This document shows, piece by piece, positions 11,940 through 25,135 of a DNA stretch of 64,000 nucleotides; within the stretch, counting starts at the first letter, position 1, and every line of letters begins with the position of its first letter. The DNA comes from Lytechinus pictus (taxonomy: Eukaryota): positions 992,001 through 1,056,000 of the forward strand of contig NC_087251.1 in assembly GCF_037042905.1 (NCBI RefSeq). Reading direction: 5' to 3'. The notes under the pieces were generated by a model. That model was not told the origin of the DNA. It worked only from the letters and a program-made list of their open reading frames with translations, and searched no databases. A program made the translations under genes and the position numbers.

Positions 11940-12283
11940 TACGTTGCATTTACAAGGGCAGACACGATTACCATGTTTACATGCTATCCCGGCTCGCGGA
12001 TTATCCTGCGCCGTGTTTACATGCTGCCCCAGCTTGCGGGGCAAAAACAAAGATCAGTGGATAAAATTTACGTCAAGAAATGCGCACTAATAGCCGGTGG
12101 CAAACTTGACTTCGTGTTCACACAGAGAAAAATTGCCGTGTATGCACCGGCTCGCAGGTCTGATTCTACGTGTACAAATTTGGCAGAGCAAAATTGCTGT
12201 GTCTGACCCGTGAGCCGGGGCAAGTTACATGCATAAAAAAAAGGCGATTCTACACCGCGAGCCAGTGCAGCGTGTAAACCGGT
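11940..12283. mobile_element. Possible degenerate Harbinger-type MITE
   Basis: Repeated TTTACATGC/GTGTAAAC motifs in an inverted arrangement; ends are fuzzy. Confidence 0.35.
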
Positions 12284-13058
12284 AAATGTTGATATGCATA
12301 CCAAATGAAATGTAGATTACTGTACAGCAACAAAATATACGTGAATGAAAGAAATACAAACAAACGTTTGCCTCACTTAGGTTGATGTAGTATAAATTGA
12401 GTGCATAACATAGGAAGTTGAGAAGGTTGATGCAAGATTGATTAATCTATATTGATACTGAATTACTGATGGTGCTTAATAAAGATTTATAAATGTTAGA
12501 CATGTTACTACATGAAAAAGTTACTTGCGTTACAAAGAATGCAAATCAGTAAATGGTGAATAAGTCTTGACTTATCAAAGTTGAATGATGATCATGAAGG
12601 ATAACAAATAGAATGTTAGAAGTTGAATCACAAAGATTAAAGACATGGGTTTATGGTTTCAGATAAATTATGAAGTATATATAATATAATACATAAAAAT
12701 ACAGGACAATGAAAGCATGATATTATAATGGAAGTGTACAAGAGGTTAAGACAAAGGGTTATAATTAGACAATAAATCAAATGCTTACTATACATACACA
12801 TTTGTGAACAGTTGATTTATGCATTGTTTGATCTGTTCATACTTTCATTTGTACACAGTTAACGGTATTCTGGAGCATATGGAGCATTTGGAAGTATTGG
12901 AGATTGGAAACTCAAACAACCAATTTGCTTAGATGATTCAGCTACAATTATTATCTATTGTTATCATTATCACCACAATAATTTTTTTGCTGTAAAGTCA
13001 TCACCATAGTTCTACTTCCCAACTAGGGATATCAATTCAAATAAACAAGCACATGTAC

Positions 13059-13162
13059 CTTCAAGGATCAATGAAGGAGTTGGATTCACTGAGGCAGAGT
13101 CCATTTTCTACCATTGTCATCAACAATTCATTCCAGCAAGCAAATCCACGAGTCTTTGTAAT
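13059..13162 (-). other. Candidate exon of an unidentified minus-strand transcript
   Basis: Acceptor TTGATTTCAG| and donor GAAG|GTACAT. Contains AAAATGG (ATG at 13104) opening MDSASVNPTPSLILE, phase 1. Confidence 0.4.
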
Positions 13163-13306
13163 CTGAAATCAATTGACAAATCATCATAATCAGTTCATTT
13201 ATTACAATACATGCCAATATTAATAATCAACACGACAGCAGACAACAAGAATGTTTAACTTAACAGAATTATTAAGCACTGGTCAGAAAATTGGGATTGT
13301 CCCAGT

Positions 13307-14857
13307 TAGGCCTGACTTGAAACGGATATTTCAATATTCGGATACCCGACACTGAAAACCGGACGGCGGACGGGTATCCGAAATTTTACCCTGAAATATA
13401 AAAAATAATATCCATTTGCACTTATTTGAGTTATATTTAAGATATTCAGTTATATTTGAGTTTTTAACCTATCTGATGATGGCGAGAGTCAGTGTGCGCT
13501 AGCTAAAATATTTCTGAAAACCACGAAATTACGAGAAGCTGAATATTTTGGGTTGAATCTGTTTTGCAATCGGATTTGACTAATGTGAGTTAGCGTGAGG
13601 CTACGGCTACAAATGTAGATCGTATGACTGTGTAAGCTATTAGTAAATGACTATTATTTGAGTTATACAAGTCGGGCCTAGTTACGATCCCATTTAATGG
13701 TTGCGAGAGTATGTGTGTTTATTTTTTAGTTCCGATCGAATGAAATAAGATGCAATGAATTTGACCGAGGCGAGTGTAAGTGCGAGTCTACTATTACTAA
13801 AAGTCTAAAACCAGACAGGCCTACATCATTCAGCTCACGCACGTGCTGTCCTGTCTGGACGTGTCTAGAGTGAATCGTCCGATATATATTTGGTCACATT
13901 ACACTTGCTACACCTTCAAAAGGGATCATACTTGGAATATTTTCATTTTCATGTCGGGTTTCTCCCCATTCCCCAAATTATAGCCAAGCTTCTCATTTCT
14001 CAACTTCTGAAACATAATCACACTTCTAACAAAGATTCAAGACAAGATTTAATCACAGTAACAGTAACTAATCACTACCAGTAAGTTTTACTGCAAAACA
14101 CGTCGATTCACAACCGACCACATACTCGGCGGGCGCACATCATAAACCTTTCTGGCACGATACCGCCTTTTAAGTATTGTTGTTTACGTGATGATGGCTA
14201 TCAAAATTTATAGTGGATATGCCATTTAAACTGAAATAAAGGAAAATGTGTGTTTTGTAATTTATATTAAATATAATCATCTTCATTGGTAACCAAATTT
14301 GCTGTGAGAAAAAGTTGAATTCATTTTGCATTTGATGAATAAATTACAGGAAACAACATCACACACCCGAGTAACCCTGTCAACATTTATTTGACGCTTA
14401 AATGGTTTCAAATTATCTTCATTCTTCACTCGCATTGAAAGTCGAGGTAAGAAAATATACGATGAGTTACGCATTTGAAATCATCAAAACATAAGACGGG
14501 AAAGAAAAACGATCTTAAGCGACACCATAGTAAAATCGCCATCGTTGTCAGAACGGAACTTTACTCCATTTACGGGCGGTCATGCTCCAAAACTGATATA
14601 AGGTCATGTTTCAAAACTGATATAAAAACAATGGTTTTCGGCGGGAATATATTACCGAAGAAGATTAATTGATATTGGTGATTATATTGGCGACTAAAAC
14701 TTATAAATTTTGTTGGTGAGTCTTACTAAATTTAATGAGTTTTTGTGACAGGAAAGTGGTGAATCAGTGTCCACGGATACCCGAACCCGAAAAATGAAAA
14801 CCGTTATCCGTCCACGCAGGCGGAAACCGTTCAGATATCCGTTTGGTGGCAGCACTA
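13307..14857. mobile_element. Non-autonomous hAT (Ac-like) transposon
   Basis: TAG...CTA termini, perfect 8-bp TSD GTCCCAGT (13299-13306 and 14858-14865), subterminal AAACGG/CGGATACCCG motifs at both ends. Confidence 0.88.
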
Positions 14858-15166
14858 GTCCCAGTGTACAGGGACTGTCTCATTTTTCAAAGATTTCTCC
14901 ACACAAGAAATCTAGGAAAGGTCATTCACCTGTCAAGTGCTGACACCAATCAAGTGCGCTAGTCAATGTAAACATATCAGGTTTCATAACAAAATTATTG
15001 GAAGACGGCAAGTCGTGAAAAATAGACAGTGAACTGGGGGGATTGAGGTCACTTAATCTATTTTTAGCACTCTCAATCCCGTAATTGCTGTCTATATCCC
15101 GCAGGTGTAAGTGAAAAAAAAATTGTCCCCATAAACAAGGACAATCTCAATTCATCAAGACATTAC

Positions 15167-15415
15167 CTATTATCGGATGTACTGGAAAAATGCAGAGGTC
15201 TGCAATCGAGTTTCCAGGTCAATCTCTCATCCAAATTCTATTGATCTTCCTCCTCAAAGTTTGCTAGAACAGTGTCAGTGCCCAGTGTGCATGAAGGACA
15301 TGATTTAAAACTTCTTATCCTACACGTATCATTCCCAAGGATGACAGTACCACTCTGCATTCCAGAATTTATCGAGCCTGGCTTTGAAGGAGTTTACAGA
15401 TGGAGCAGAGACAAC
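15167..15415 (-). mobile_element. CR1 LINE 3'-end fragment
   Basis: Minus strand reads VVSAPSVNSFKARLDKFW, a typical CR1 ORF2 C-terminus, followed by a 3' UTR. Confidence 0.75.
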
Positions 15416-15469
15416 TTAATTAGGTAGTGAGATCCTTGTATCTTGGTGCCATACAGCATTCCCGTATTC

Positions 15470-16396
15470 AAGGATTGGCCGTACAAGACCCTTTCCCCCG
15501 TCTTCTCAAAATATATAGTCCGGCCTACCCTTATCCGGAACTCTCTGTTATCCGGACGTACACTTGCCGAGATTTTTTTTTCCAGTTCAATCTCGTACGT
15601 GGGGAAATGAGACTTCAATCTAAACTCAATCCTATATGCAAACTCACTTTGATTACATATATTTTCCAATATAGTCTATCTACAACATTATTATTTTTCA
15701 TGAAAATATCTCACCCAAATCACCTAAAGAACTTAAAAGACAGGATAATTTTCCAGTAAATCAGAGCGCAGCGCAAACATTTCATCACGTTCTCTTTTTA
15801 TTTCCCAGGGAAAAAACAACACATGTCTCGCTAGCTAGCGCTAGGCCTCAATACGGACAGTGCCATCTATCGTGTTTGAGCCTACAGTCAGTATAACAAT
15901 GGCTGACATTGCGAAGCTGCAATACCAGCCGCGATGATCTAATTATAAAACTTAGTTTCGAGTCATTCTCTTTCTTTCGAGGTATGCTCGATGTAGGCCT
16001 ATACCTCAATCATTTTAGCAGGTAAATTATCCAAGAGTCTTGGCCATTAATCGATTTCATTTCCGTAAAAATACTGCCTATAATTTGCACTGACACTGCA
16101 GTGAATACTGTCTGTACGCCCACTACAATAGATTACGTGTAGCTACAGCCGTTGGGGAGGCAGCTGCATGTATTTGATATTGGGTCTCCCAGATCCGGAT
16201 AAATCCCTTATCCGGATTGGTGCTGGTCCCAACGTGTCCGGATAAGATGAATGTTTGGTTAAAAATGAAATCAATATTGTATCTATGACTTCTTTGTACT
16301 TCCCCCTTCGTGAATTCATTTATCGGGATACCAGGTTCCGAACGTCGCAACACTGGCGGATTCCGAAACAAAAAATGTTGACATGACTCAGGCCTG
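15470..16396. mobile_element. Degenerate hAT-like non-autonomous element
   Basis: TATCCGGA motif clusters near both ends and a CAGGCCTGAG-type right terminus. No left TIR or TSD found. Confidence 0.4.
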
Positions 16397-16496
16397 TAAT
16401 GATTTGTCTTGGTTAATAAGGATATCCTTGCAGCACATCTACTGCTTATTGCAGTGTTAGGCCTAGGCTTGGGTAGGGGTCTACTAGTACTACATG

Positions 16497-16620
16497 TACC
16501 TCAGGTGATGGTTCGTGTAGGCTCCACTACACTTTACTACCCCTACACATAGTGGAGTGTAGCGGAAATGAAGTGTACTGTAGTGGAGCCTACACAAACC
16601 ATCACCTAAGGCTGAGGTAT
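16497..16620. mobile_element. Small hairpin MITE
   Basis: AGGTGATGGTTCGTGTAGGCTCCACTACA pairs with TGTAGTGGAGCCTACACAAACCATCACCT. Confidence 0.65.
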
Positions 16621-17074
16621 ATAAGGCAATGCGTCTCTAACTTGCACCATTTGTGTTCCATTGCCCAAATTGAATGTTACTGTAGCACACGTATTGGTAT
16701 AAAAATTGTCATCACTCTGAAAATATTCACTGTACATGTATCCATTCAAAAGTATACTTTTTCTGAAAGGAAATTCATGAGGATTAAAAAAATGGCATTA
16801 AAATGAGGTAGGGTGAACTGCTCACATTTTATGAGTGAAAACGTTTAAGTTTTTAAGACCCCCAATATACTTTATTTCAGACATCCATTTTTTTTTTCTT
16901 TTTGCCCACACCATTATTTACTTACCAGATTTGTATTGCTCATGAAATTCCCTTTCAAATGTTATATAACTTCAGGGGATTCAATAATTTTTTATTGAGG
17001 TTAATTTGATATGCAAATTCATGTTAATTTCAAATATCCAAAACCGACATCTTTCATCAGTGTTTTCCTTTGAA

Positions 17075-17641
17075 AGGACAAGTCCACCCCAACAAAAACT
17101 TGAATTGAATAAAAAGATAAAAATTCAACAAGCATAACACTGAAAATTTCATCAAACTCAGATGTAAAATAAGAAAGTTATGGCATTTTAAAGTTTCGCT
17201 TCATTTCACAAAACAGTTATATGCACATCTCAGTCAGGATGCAAATGAGGAACTCACCATTTCTTTTGTATTTAATTATATGAAATATTTTTATTTTCTC
17301 GTCATTGTTATGTGAAATGTTCCTCCCTGAACACGTGGAATTCCATTATTTTAACATTTTGTGCTTCAGGCAAGGAGGTCCTAATCGTCAAATTCGTAAA
17401 AATTGAAATATTGTATAATTCAAACAATAAAAAACAAAAGAAATAGTGAGTGACATCATCGACTCTCTCATTTGGATGTAACTGGCTCGTTCATATAACT
17501 ATTTTGTTAAAAATAAGCGAAACTTTGAAATGTCATAACTTTCTTATTTCACATCCGATTTTGATGAAATTTTCAGCATTGTGCTTGTCTGATTTTTCTC
17601 TATTGATTCAAATCAACATTTTTCTGAGCTGGACTTTACCT
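17075..17641 (+). mobile_element. Kolobok-like MITE (AGGACAAGTCCACCCC family), copy 1
   Basis: AGG...CCT termini at a TTAA-like site; homologous to the copies at 29029, 43306, 45605 and 58791. Confidence 0.85.
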
Positions 17642-18306
17642 TTAAATATCTAATAAATCATATATAATTATTAATTGTATGTGTATAGTGGTGTATTATT
17701 ATACATGCCAAAGGTCTGGCCCCTTGAAAACTTAAGATAGACGCTACAAATGTTAACTAGTAATTTAACAATCACATAAAGTCAAATGTATAGTGAGTGA
17801 TTGTATTACCGACCGGCATTGTATTACCGAACGCGCGCATCGTACGCGTCAGAAAATAATTTCATACGATCAAAAATTTGCACCATCCTTCCAAAGGGAA
17901 CTTGAATAAAAAGATGATGAAAAATGGCCAAAAACACATTTTCAAAGTTTTAATATTCTAAAAATAATAAAATATGGTCAAAATAGCTCATCAGTGATTT
18001 TGTTGTTTTCTCAACTTTTCCCACACGTTCGGTAATACGATACCTTTTCCAAGTGACCAAAATATTTCACATCCGAAGAGGGGTCCGATTGGAAGCTAAT
18101 ATTGTAAAATGCTAAAAATATGGCCTGCAAAATAAATTGCCAGTGCCTGAATTCAGGCCTTTGGATTTGCCTAAAAACTGGCATCCCTGTCCCTAATACA
18201 GATTAAATTCGGCTTTCAAATGACACCAATTTCATAACTCTGGCGTATCGAAGAGTTAGGCTTAGGGGTGACATGATTGAAACATATATATAAACACTTT
18301 AATAAT

Positions 18307-18727
18307 CAGTAGAGGCGCACAGCCAATATTGGAGACTGTCTCTAATGTGGGAGATTATCTCCAATATCAGAGACTTTTGTAAAGAATTTGGGTATCCAAT
18401 TTCAGAGACAGTCTCCAGTTTTGGAGACCACTTTCCTTTGTTTACATTTGCTGCAAATAAAAATGTGATAAGCAGATTCCTCATGAAAAATTACCCCTTT
18501 TAACCGTCTACTTTAAAAATTCACCGTCTACTTTTGTTTTGATAAGGATTTTTGTTGTCAATCACACACAAAACAAATGGGCTTCTGACCTCAGTGAGAC
18601 AAAATTTTGGGTGGAAAAAAATCATGCTTTTGTTGGTGTTGTTTTTGTCCTTTTGCAAAGCAAGTCTCCAATGTGGGAGATTGTCTCCCCTATTGGAGTC
18701 TCCCATATTGGCCGTGCGCCTGTACTG
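18307..18727. mobile_element. MITE inserted in the CR1 relic
   Basis: TIR of about 31 bp, CAGTA(G/C)AGGCGCAC(A/G)GCCAATAT.GGAGACT, flanked by ATAAT on both sides. Confidence 0.8.
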
Positions 18728-18955
18728 ATAATTATGATCTATGTACAAAACTTAATTTAGAAGAAAAATATAGTGAACATACCAGAGGTCACAGTAAAAA
18801 ATTGTTCATACCAAGGACAAAGACCCAGAAATATAGGAATTCTTTTTATGTTAGAATACGTAAGACATCATGGACATGGAATAGCCTAAATAATGTCTTA
18901 ATGAAGTTGTCACTGCCCCAAGACCAAGTGTGCAGTTTTGAAGCTGCCCTGGATA

Positions 18956-20016
18956 GTAACCCAGGGAGCGCCCGGCGGGAGCCCAGGGGCTTACCGTGTA
19001 TTTTACCATACTCACGGGACTAGGGTGATTTATGGTCTAAATATTTCTCCAAATGAATTGTGAAAACAGAAATTATGCACTTACCACGATTATATGGATG
19101 AAGGTCTAACGAGTGGCAGTTTCCTGACATCTGGGCACAGACTGGAACCTCAAAAAACGAAAAGTTCTCTCCTTCTACCTAGCCAGGCGGCTTCTAGAGA
19201 GTAAAAATCATTTACTAACGTAAGGTTACTCTCATACGAAGCCAGGCCTTCTATCTCATAGACCCACACAAAGGAAGCCAAAACCTGAAACTTTCACCCC
19301 CGAGATTTCTACTTTCCTTCTAAAAGATCTAGCTCTAAATCATGTACATGGGATAAAACTTCATTTCCGACATTTCTACGCTCTTGTTGTTATTTTTAAA
19401 ACAAGAATTCATCACAAAAATGAAAAAATATTGTGAAAGGACGGAAGAGACTTGCCCGATGTTTACGCCGCCATCTTGTTTCTTATTGTACTTCCCCAAC
19501 GTTACGCGACGCTTATTAAAAATAACAACAAGAGCGTAGAAATGTCGGAAATGAAGTTTTATCCCATGTACATGATTTAGAGCTAGATCTTTTAGAAGGA
19601 AAGTAGAAATCTCGGGGGTGAAAGTTTCAGGTTTTGGCTTCCTTTGTGTGGGTCTATGAGATAGAAGGCCTGGCTTCGTATGAGAGTAACCTTACGTTAG
19701 TAAGTGATTTTTACTCTCTAGCAGCCGCCTGGCTACTTCTACCCCCGTCTCGATCGGCCATTTTTGTTATGAATTGTAACAAAATGGCCGATCGAGACTG
19801 GGGTAGAAGGAGAGAAATTTTCGTCTTTTTGAGGTTCCAGTTTGTGCCCAGATGTCAGGAAACTGCCACTCGTTAGACCTTCATCCATATTATCGTGGTA
19901 AGTGCATAATTTCTGTTTTCACAATTCATTTGGAGAAATATTTAGACCATAAATCACCCTAGTCCCGTGAGTATGGTAAAATACACGGTAAGCCCCTGCC
20001 CCTGGGACTGGGTTAC
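18956..20016. mobile_element. Foldback DNA transposon with inverted arms over 400 bp
   Basis: Arms about 18984-19399 and 19516-19998, spacer about 116 bp. GTAACCCAG...CTGGGTTAC ends. Direct repeat CCTGGATA (8 bp, or CCCTGGATAG, 10 bp, depending on end placement). Confidence 0.9.
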
Positions 20017-20533
20017 CCTGGATAGATGCTGGAAAAATGAGCCAATAAAATATGACTACGAAAGCTGTTCCCGGAAGTGAGCCAGCCATCTTGAGGAGGA
20101 AAAACCTAGTAGAACTGAATACAGAGGTATTAATAGGGTCATTCCATGGGGTTGGGGCAAAAATTGTGACATCAGGGTCAAAAAATAGAAATGTAATAAA
20201 TGAAAAGTTTTTTTCCTTATATGTTTCATGGGACAATTCTTCAACTAAATCCACTTACAGGCATTTCATACCACCCTGCATATTTGAGTAAATTGCGAAA
20301 CAAGATTTGACAAAATACCACCGTTACACGGACATCATTTATCATCCTTACTTAGACTATACTCTCCCACTGTCAAAATAAAAGGGTTGATCTCAATTCC
20401 TCTTAATAAATATTTTGCTAACAACATTTTTAGTCACTTTATTCCACATTTTCCAACATGGCATATATATTTTGAAAGATTTAGCATCAATAAATGGAAC
20501 TTGATGCTCTGTGTGTATACCAGTGCCATGTTC

Positions 20534-21315
20534 TGTGTCGTTCTTTTTTCTCACCAGTCAAGAAAATTCAATTTATGATGGCATGTAGAACTAAATAGTT
20601 GACAGAAGTCATGCCTTAACAGAATGGAATATTCTTTTTGGAAAAACTCAACTACTCTCTCTGGCCTAACCTTCTATTTTTGGTGTTACCACCATTACAT
20701 GGACATCATGTCTCTGTAACAGAGGTATAATTTGAAGCATTGTAAGTTAAGGTCCATTAATGGTCATCACATACCAAATTACACTTTCTGCCTTAAATTA
20801 TTTGCACAAGATCAATTGATTATATTAGAAAAAAAAAACATTTAGCATGTCAAATTCTTTGTAAATAAAAGAAATTTAAATTAGAGTTTAAACAAAGAAA
20901 AATGTACAAAATTATTGACAAATTATGTGTCGTTCTTTTTTCTCACCAGTCAAGAAAATTCAATTTATGATGGCATGTAGAACTAAATAGTTGAGAGAAG
21001 TCATGCCTCAACAGAATGGAATATTCTCTTTGGAAAAACTCAACTACTCTCTCTGGCCTAACCTTCTATTTTTGTTTGGTGTTACCACCGTTACATGGAC
21101 ATCATGTCTCTGTAACAGAGGTATAATTTGAAGCATTGTAAGTTAAGATCCATTAATGGTCATTACATACCAAATTACCCTTTCTGCCTTAGAATATTTG
21201 CACAAGTTCAATTGATTATACTAGAAGATAAACATTTTGCATGTCAAATTCTTTGCAAGTAAAAGCACTTTAAATTCGAGTTTAAACAAGGAAAAATGTA
21301 CAAAATCATTGACAT
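20534..21315 (+). repeat. Tandem duplication of a unit of about 392 bp inside the Sola2-like element
   Basis: TGTGTCGTTCTTTTTTCTCACCAGTC starts at 20534 and again at 20926, followed by aligned sequence. Confidence 0.9.
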
Positions 21316-23404
21316 TATATTTAAAATCATACTAATCCTCAAGGTTCCACTTCCGTCTGTCTCTGGAAACATTTATGTTTCTGTCTAAAGGGGAAAAAAC
21401 GAAACAGTGCTATCTTACGATCTCCAAATCTTTTATTACTTTGAAATATCTCCTTCAAGATATTACTTTCAAATGTACACTGTAGATACCTCTGTTACAT
21501 GGACATCATGTCGTTGTAATGGTCCTATTGAATAGCATTACTTGAATATTTGACATATTTTTCTAGTATCAACACACTAAATGCAAGTTAACTCATCTTA
21601 CTCAAGTGTACAAATACAACATCTACAAGCAAGCTTCTGTAATTCATATCAATGAACAGGTAAAATGTTTTTTTTATTCATACACAATTATACAATTTTT
21701 TGATACCTTTGATACAATATTCTGGTGAAAAATATGTAGGAAAAAGGTACTAGTTTAGTTCTTCTAAGCTATGGTTTTTCAAGACAAAACAAGACAAAGT
21801 TGGCATGGAAGACATGGACAACGCATTTATACCTTACACATATAAACTTGTTCAATTTGTTAACTCTAATTTGTTTTACCTCAGTTACATGGACATCATG
21901 TCCTCAAAATGGTAGTGTAGAAGTGACATTAATTAAAATATAATCATGTCATCACTGGAACTTTATTAGTCTAGATAAAACATTAAGTTCCAACATGCGA
22001 AAAGGACAATTGTAAAGTACTTAGTGGACAAATTTAATTTAAAAAACTCACCACCTTTATATCTTCTGTTTTTTTAACAGAGTTGTAAGCGAGAAAGTAA
22101 AATGTACTAAGCTATTCTAATGTTCAAAAATAAAACTGCAAGAACTCTTTGGTAAACTTCTTACTGGCAAATGCAAAAAAAATGTATTACACTGTACACT
22201 AAACCTGACTATTAAAATTAACATGCAATATTTCTCTCTGCATTCAGGTTACAAGTTTATGAACTTCAAGAAGACTGGTGACCCAATAAGAAATTTCAGT
22301 TTGGAAGAGGATTCTGTCAATGTCACAAAGTGGATGGAGGTAGAATTGTGCCTCGCCATCAGGCCAGGAGTACAGGTCACCAGATTGACACTTCATGTAC
22401 TGAAGATATACATTTTCACCTTGAACAGAGGCTACCTGTAGTTGAGAAAAATAGTATTTGGAAGTTTTACTACATTTTTTAAGCAATAAGCAAATATTTT
22501 TTTATATTATATCAAATCATTTACTTATTTATGTCTTGACATTTTCTCATTAAAGGGGGTGGATTACTAGGGACAATGAATCTGATCTGTTCTTGCAAAA
22601 TACACAGGAACCTTCACTTTGTATTTTTTCATAGCAAATAGAATTCATCATTTTATAGTTCATAAATTAAATATAAAGTTACGTTTTATAGAAGGTTTTT
22701 GTATTTGTGTTGTTGTGTTCTACTTTGTTTTCACAATACAATTACTTGCCCATTACCTTTTCATAAATTATCTGTACTTCAATTTCATTTCTCAATGGAT
22801 TAATTTAATCTAATTTTATTCTGCATTCTAATCAAGGGTGGTTATCTAGACAATTCCATTTAGTTTTTTATGACCATCCTATTTAATTTTCATCGCTGAA
22901 GTTTAATTGTTCAAGCAATTACATAATATATGTTTTATTGGAATTAAATGAATTAATGGAATTCAAATCTGCAATTTACCTTCTGATACAGCAAATAAAC
23001 TCTTGTGAAACAAACTTGATTGTGTCACATTTTCTTTTGTTCACTTGTACATGTTTTAAAAATCTCATTATATTGCAATAAAAAAAAATCACATTAAAAA
23101 CAATCACACAGGCTTTTGCTTTCTGATAAAACGAACCCCCCCCCCCTCTCCTTACAATTGAATATATAGAAATCAAAATACAAAATATTGAAAAAATATT
23201 GAGAGAAAAAAAGAATGTGCTGAAAAGTATAACATTCAACAAGATGAAAAGTTTTGGGAAGGTTAGGCCTACAGCCAAGAATTACTAGTAATTGGATGAT
23301 GGCCATGCTTCATCATACACAAAGTACATGTACTATGTGTAGGGGGTAGTAACAGAAAAATTATTTTGCCCCCCCCCCTTCTTTCGGATTGGGATCAGCT
23401 GACA

Positions 23405-23450
<46 letters not shown>

Positions 23451-24295
23451 GGGGCTGCCACTGGTTCTAAACTCTCATTTTTTGGAGGAAATTCAAATTT
23501 GATCATCAGGTCTTTGATACCCATATTACGTAGAATCAGTAGGAGCCAATTTAAACAAGGCGAGATTTTGTACCAAATCTGAGATGTCAGCATGATCATC
23601 GGTGATAGAGCAGTTTTGAGTATCCATTGGCCTATTGAAATAACATATTTCGGTGTTTAAAAAAATAAACTAAATTGCGATTGAATCATGTCAGCTCACA
23701 TTCAAAACATGTTTGCACGGAATCACAGTAATAAAAACATTATTTCTTTGGGGCCGTTTAGCAAATCTGGAACAAACACGGCGATGTCTCAATCACATAT
23801 TTCACTTACACGAAAAGATACATGTGGGACTGTAGTAAAAGATTATGGAAAATTAGCGAGATTTTTCAAACTTAAAAACACTTTCTGCATGATAATATAG
23901 TTTCACATTTTTAAGATAAGGTTTAACTGATTTAAAAATACGAGTATCAGGATAAATCTCCGTACTTACGTCGCTTTGAAAGGGAAAACATTGTGGAGAT
24001 CCAATCCACCGTTACACGGACATTGCGGGAAGATTCCCAATTGCAATGCTGCAAAACACCCGATATCATAGCCGTTCGTGTGCACGTGGATTTCGGCTAA
24101 CATCCCGTCCGTCTGATACAACGACGGTCTCTTCTCCGGTCTCTCCTTTTTACATACGCGATGAAATGTGATCCACCGTTACAAATTTGGCCCGGACATC
24201 GCCCAAAACATTGGCGACCCTCGATTAATTTACATGACATTATCATTAACATTGGTTTTCAAAGCTAATCTTTTGATGAAAAGTTGCTTACTGCC

Positions 24296-25135
24296 TAGAC
24301 CAAAAGCTTCAGTCTCTGTATTTTGGTTGTTCCGCTGAACTACGTTGGCTCCACTCACCATACATAGACTGAAGGGGATGGGGCCCCGTACCTACAGCCA
24401 ACGTATAGTGAACTAGCGTTTTATAGATCGCGATTTAAAACTGTTTTTTAAGCAAAATTGAAAGTTTCATGGTTTCCATTATCAGGGAAATATAAATAAC
24501 TTAAGTAATTGCATACCTTGGGCCGGAGTTATTGAAAAAAATCCTCTGGATGATTGAGAAATCTGTCATCTAAGACATTTTCACCTGACCTGACGGTTTT
24601 TCTTGCAAGTTGCCATCTTGAATGACGTCATTATCGTTATTAACTTAATGTCTCGAATCGATATATCGCGATTATAACTAGTACTAGTACTAGTATAACT
24701 AGTATCGTTTATCTTCGGTTTCGTTCGCATATGGAGCAGATCGTATAATATCGAAAGCAATATCGATATCACATTCGTGATTGTTGACGTTCGTTTGTAA
24801 ATATTTTATAGTTTGGCTGCCATTTTGACCATTTTTATCGTGTTCAACCCAATTAAACATCGGTAAAGTATATTTTTCATGCCTTTTTCATCTATATCGT
24901 TTTAAGTATTTTCATAATGGAATATCAAATATTAAAAGTTTGTTTGTTATACATCCTTAGATTGTAAATTCGATGTGTAAAATTACATCAAACTTTGGAC
25001 TGTGAATTGACAAAAGGGAGGGAATGAGAACACATGCGAGCCCACACGTACACCCTACCGTCGGTAAATGGGGATTACAGTAAAATGTCAGAAATTGTTG
25101 AATAAATCCCCAGAAACGACGGTTATTCCTGTCTA
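24296..25135. mobile_element. Nested 840-bp element with 9-bp TSD (possibly MULE-like) carrying promoter-like sequence
   Basis: CTTACTGCC|TAGAC...GTCTA|CTTACTGCC. Both ends are repeated, joined together, at 25751-25885. Confidence 0.7.
24517..24868. promoter_or_regulatory. Candidate bidirectional promoter with outward-facing splice donors
   Basis: CpG-rich. CRE TGACGTCA (24623-24630), YY1-like GCCATCTTG (24612) and GCCATTTTG (about 24819), TATCGATA, (ACTAGT)n. Donors AAG|GTATGC (- strand, 24517) and TCG|GTAAAG (+ strand, about 24862). Confidence 0.45.

Larger units (their letters stand above)
18236..20135 (+). mobile_element. CR1 LINE 3' relic split by DNA transposons
   Basis: Fragments read TLAYRR..RGDMIETY, TRGHSKKLF...RNSFYVR..WNSL and EVVTAP. 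Removing the 18956-20016 insert gives FEAALDRCWKNEPIKYDY. Confidence 0.75.

Noticed and set aside
15167..15319. Apparent minus-strand exon (AG...|GTAATG) in frame with the 24517 donor
   Set aside because: It is the 3' UTR of a CR1 fragment (VVSAPSVNSFKARLDKFW lies directly upstream) and the acceptor has no pyrimidine tract. Exonisation cannot be excluded without RNA data.
22248..22490. Possible transposase or captured exon after CATTCAG| inside the Sola2-like element
   Set aside because: Short frames with no recognisable motif. A TBLASTN or HMM search against Sola transposases would be needed.
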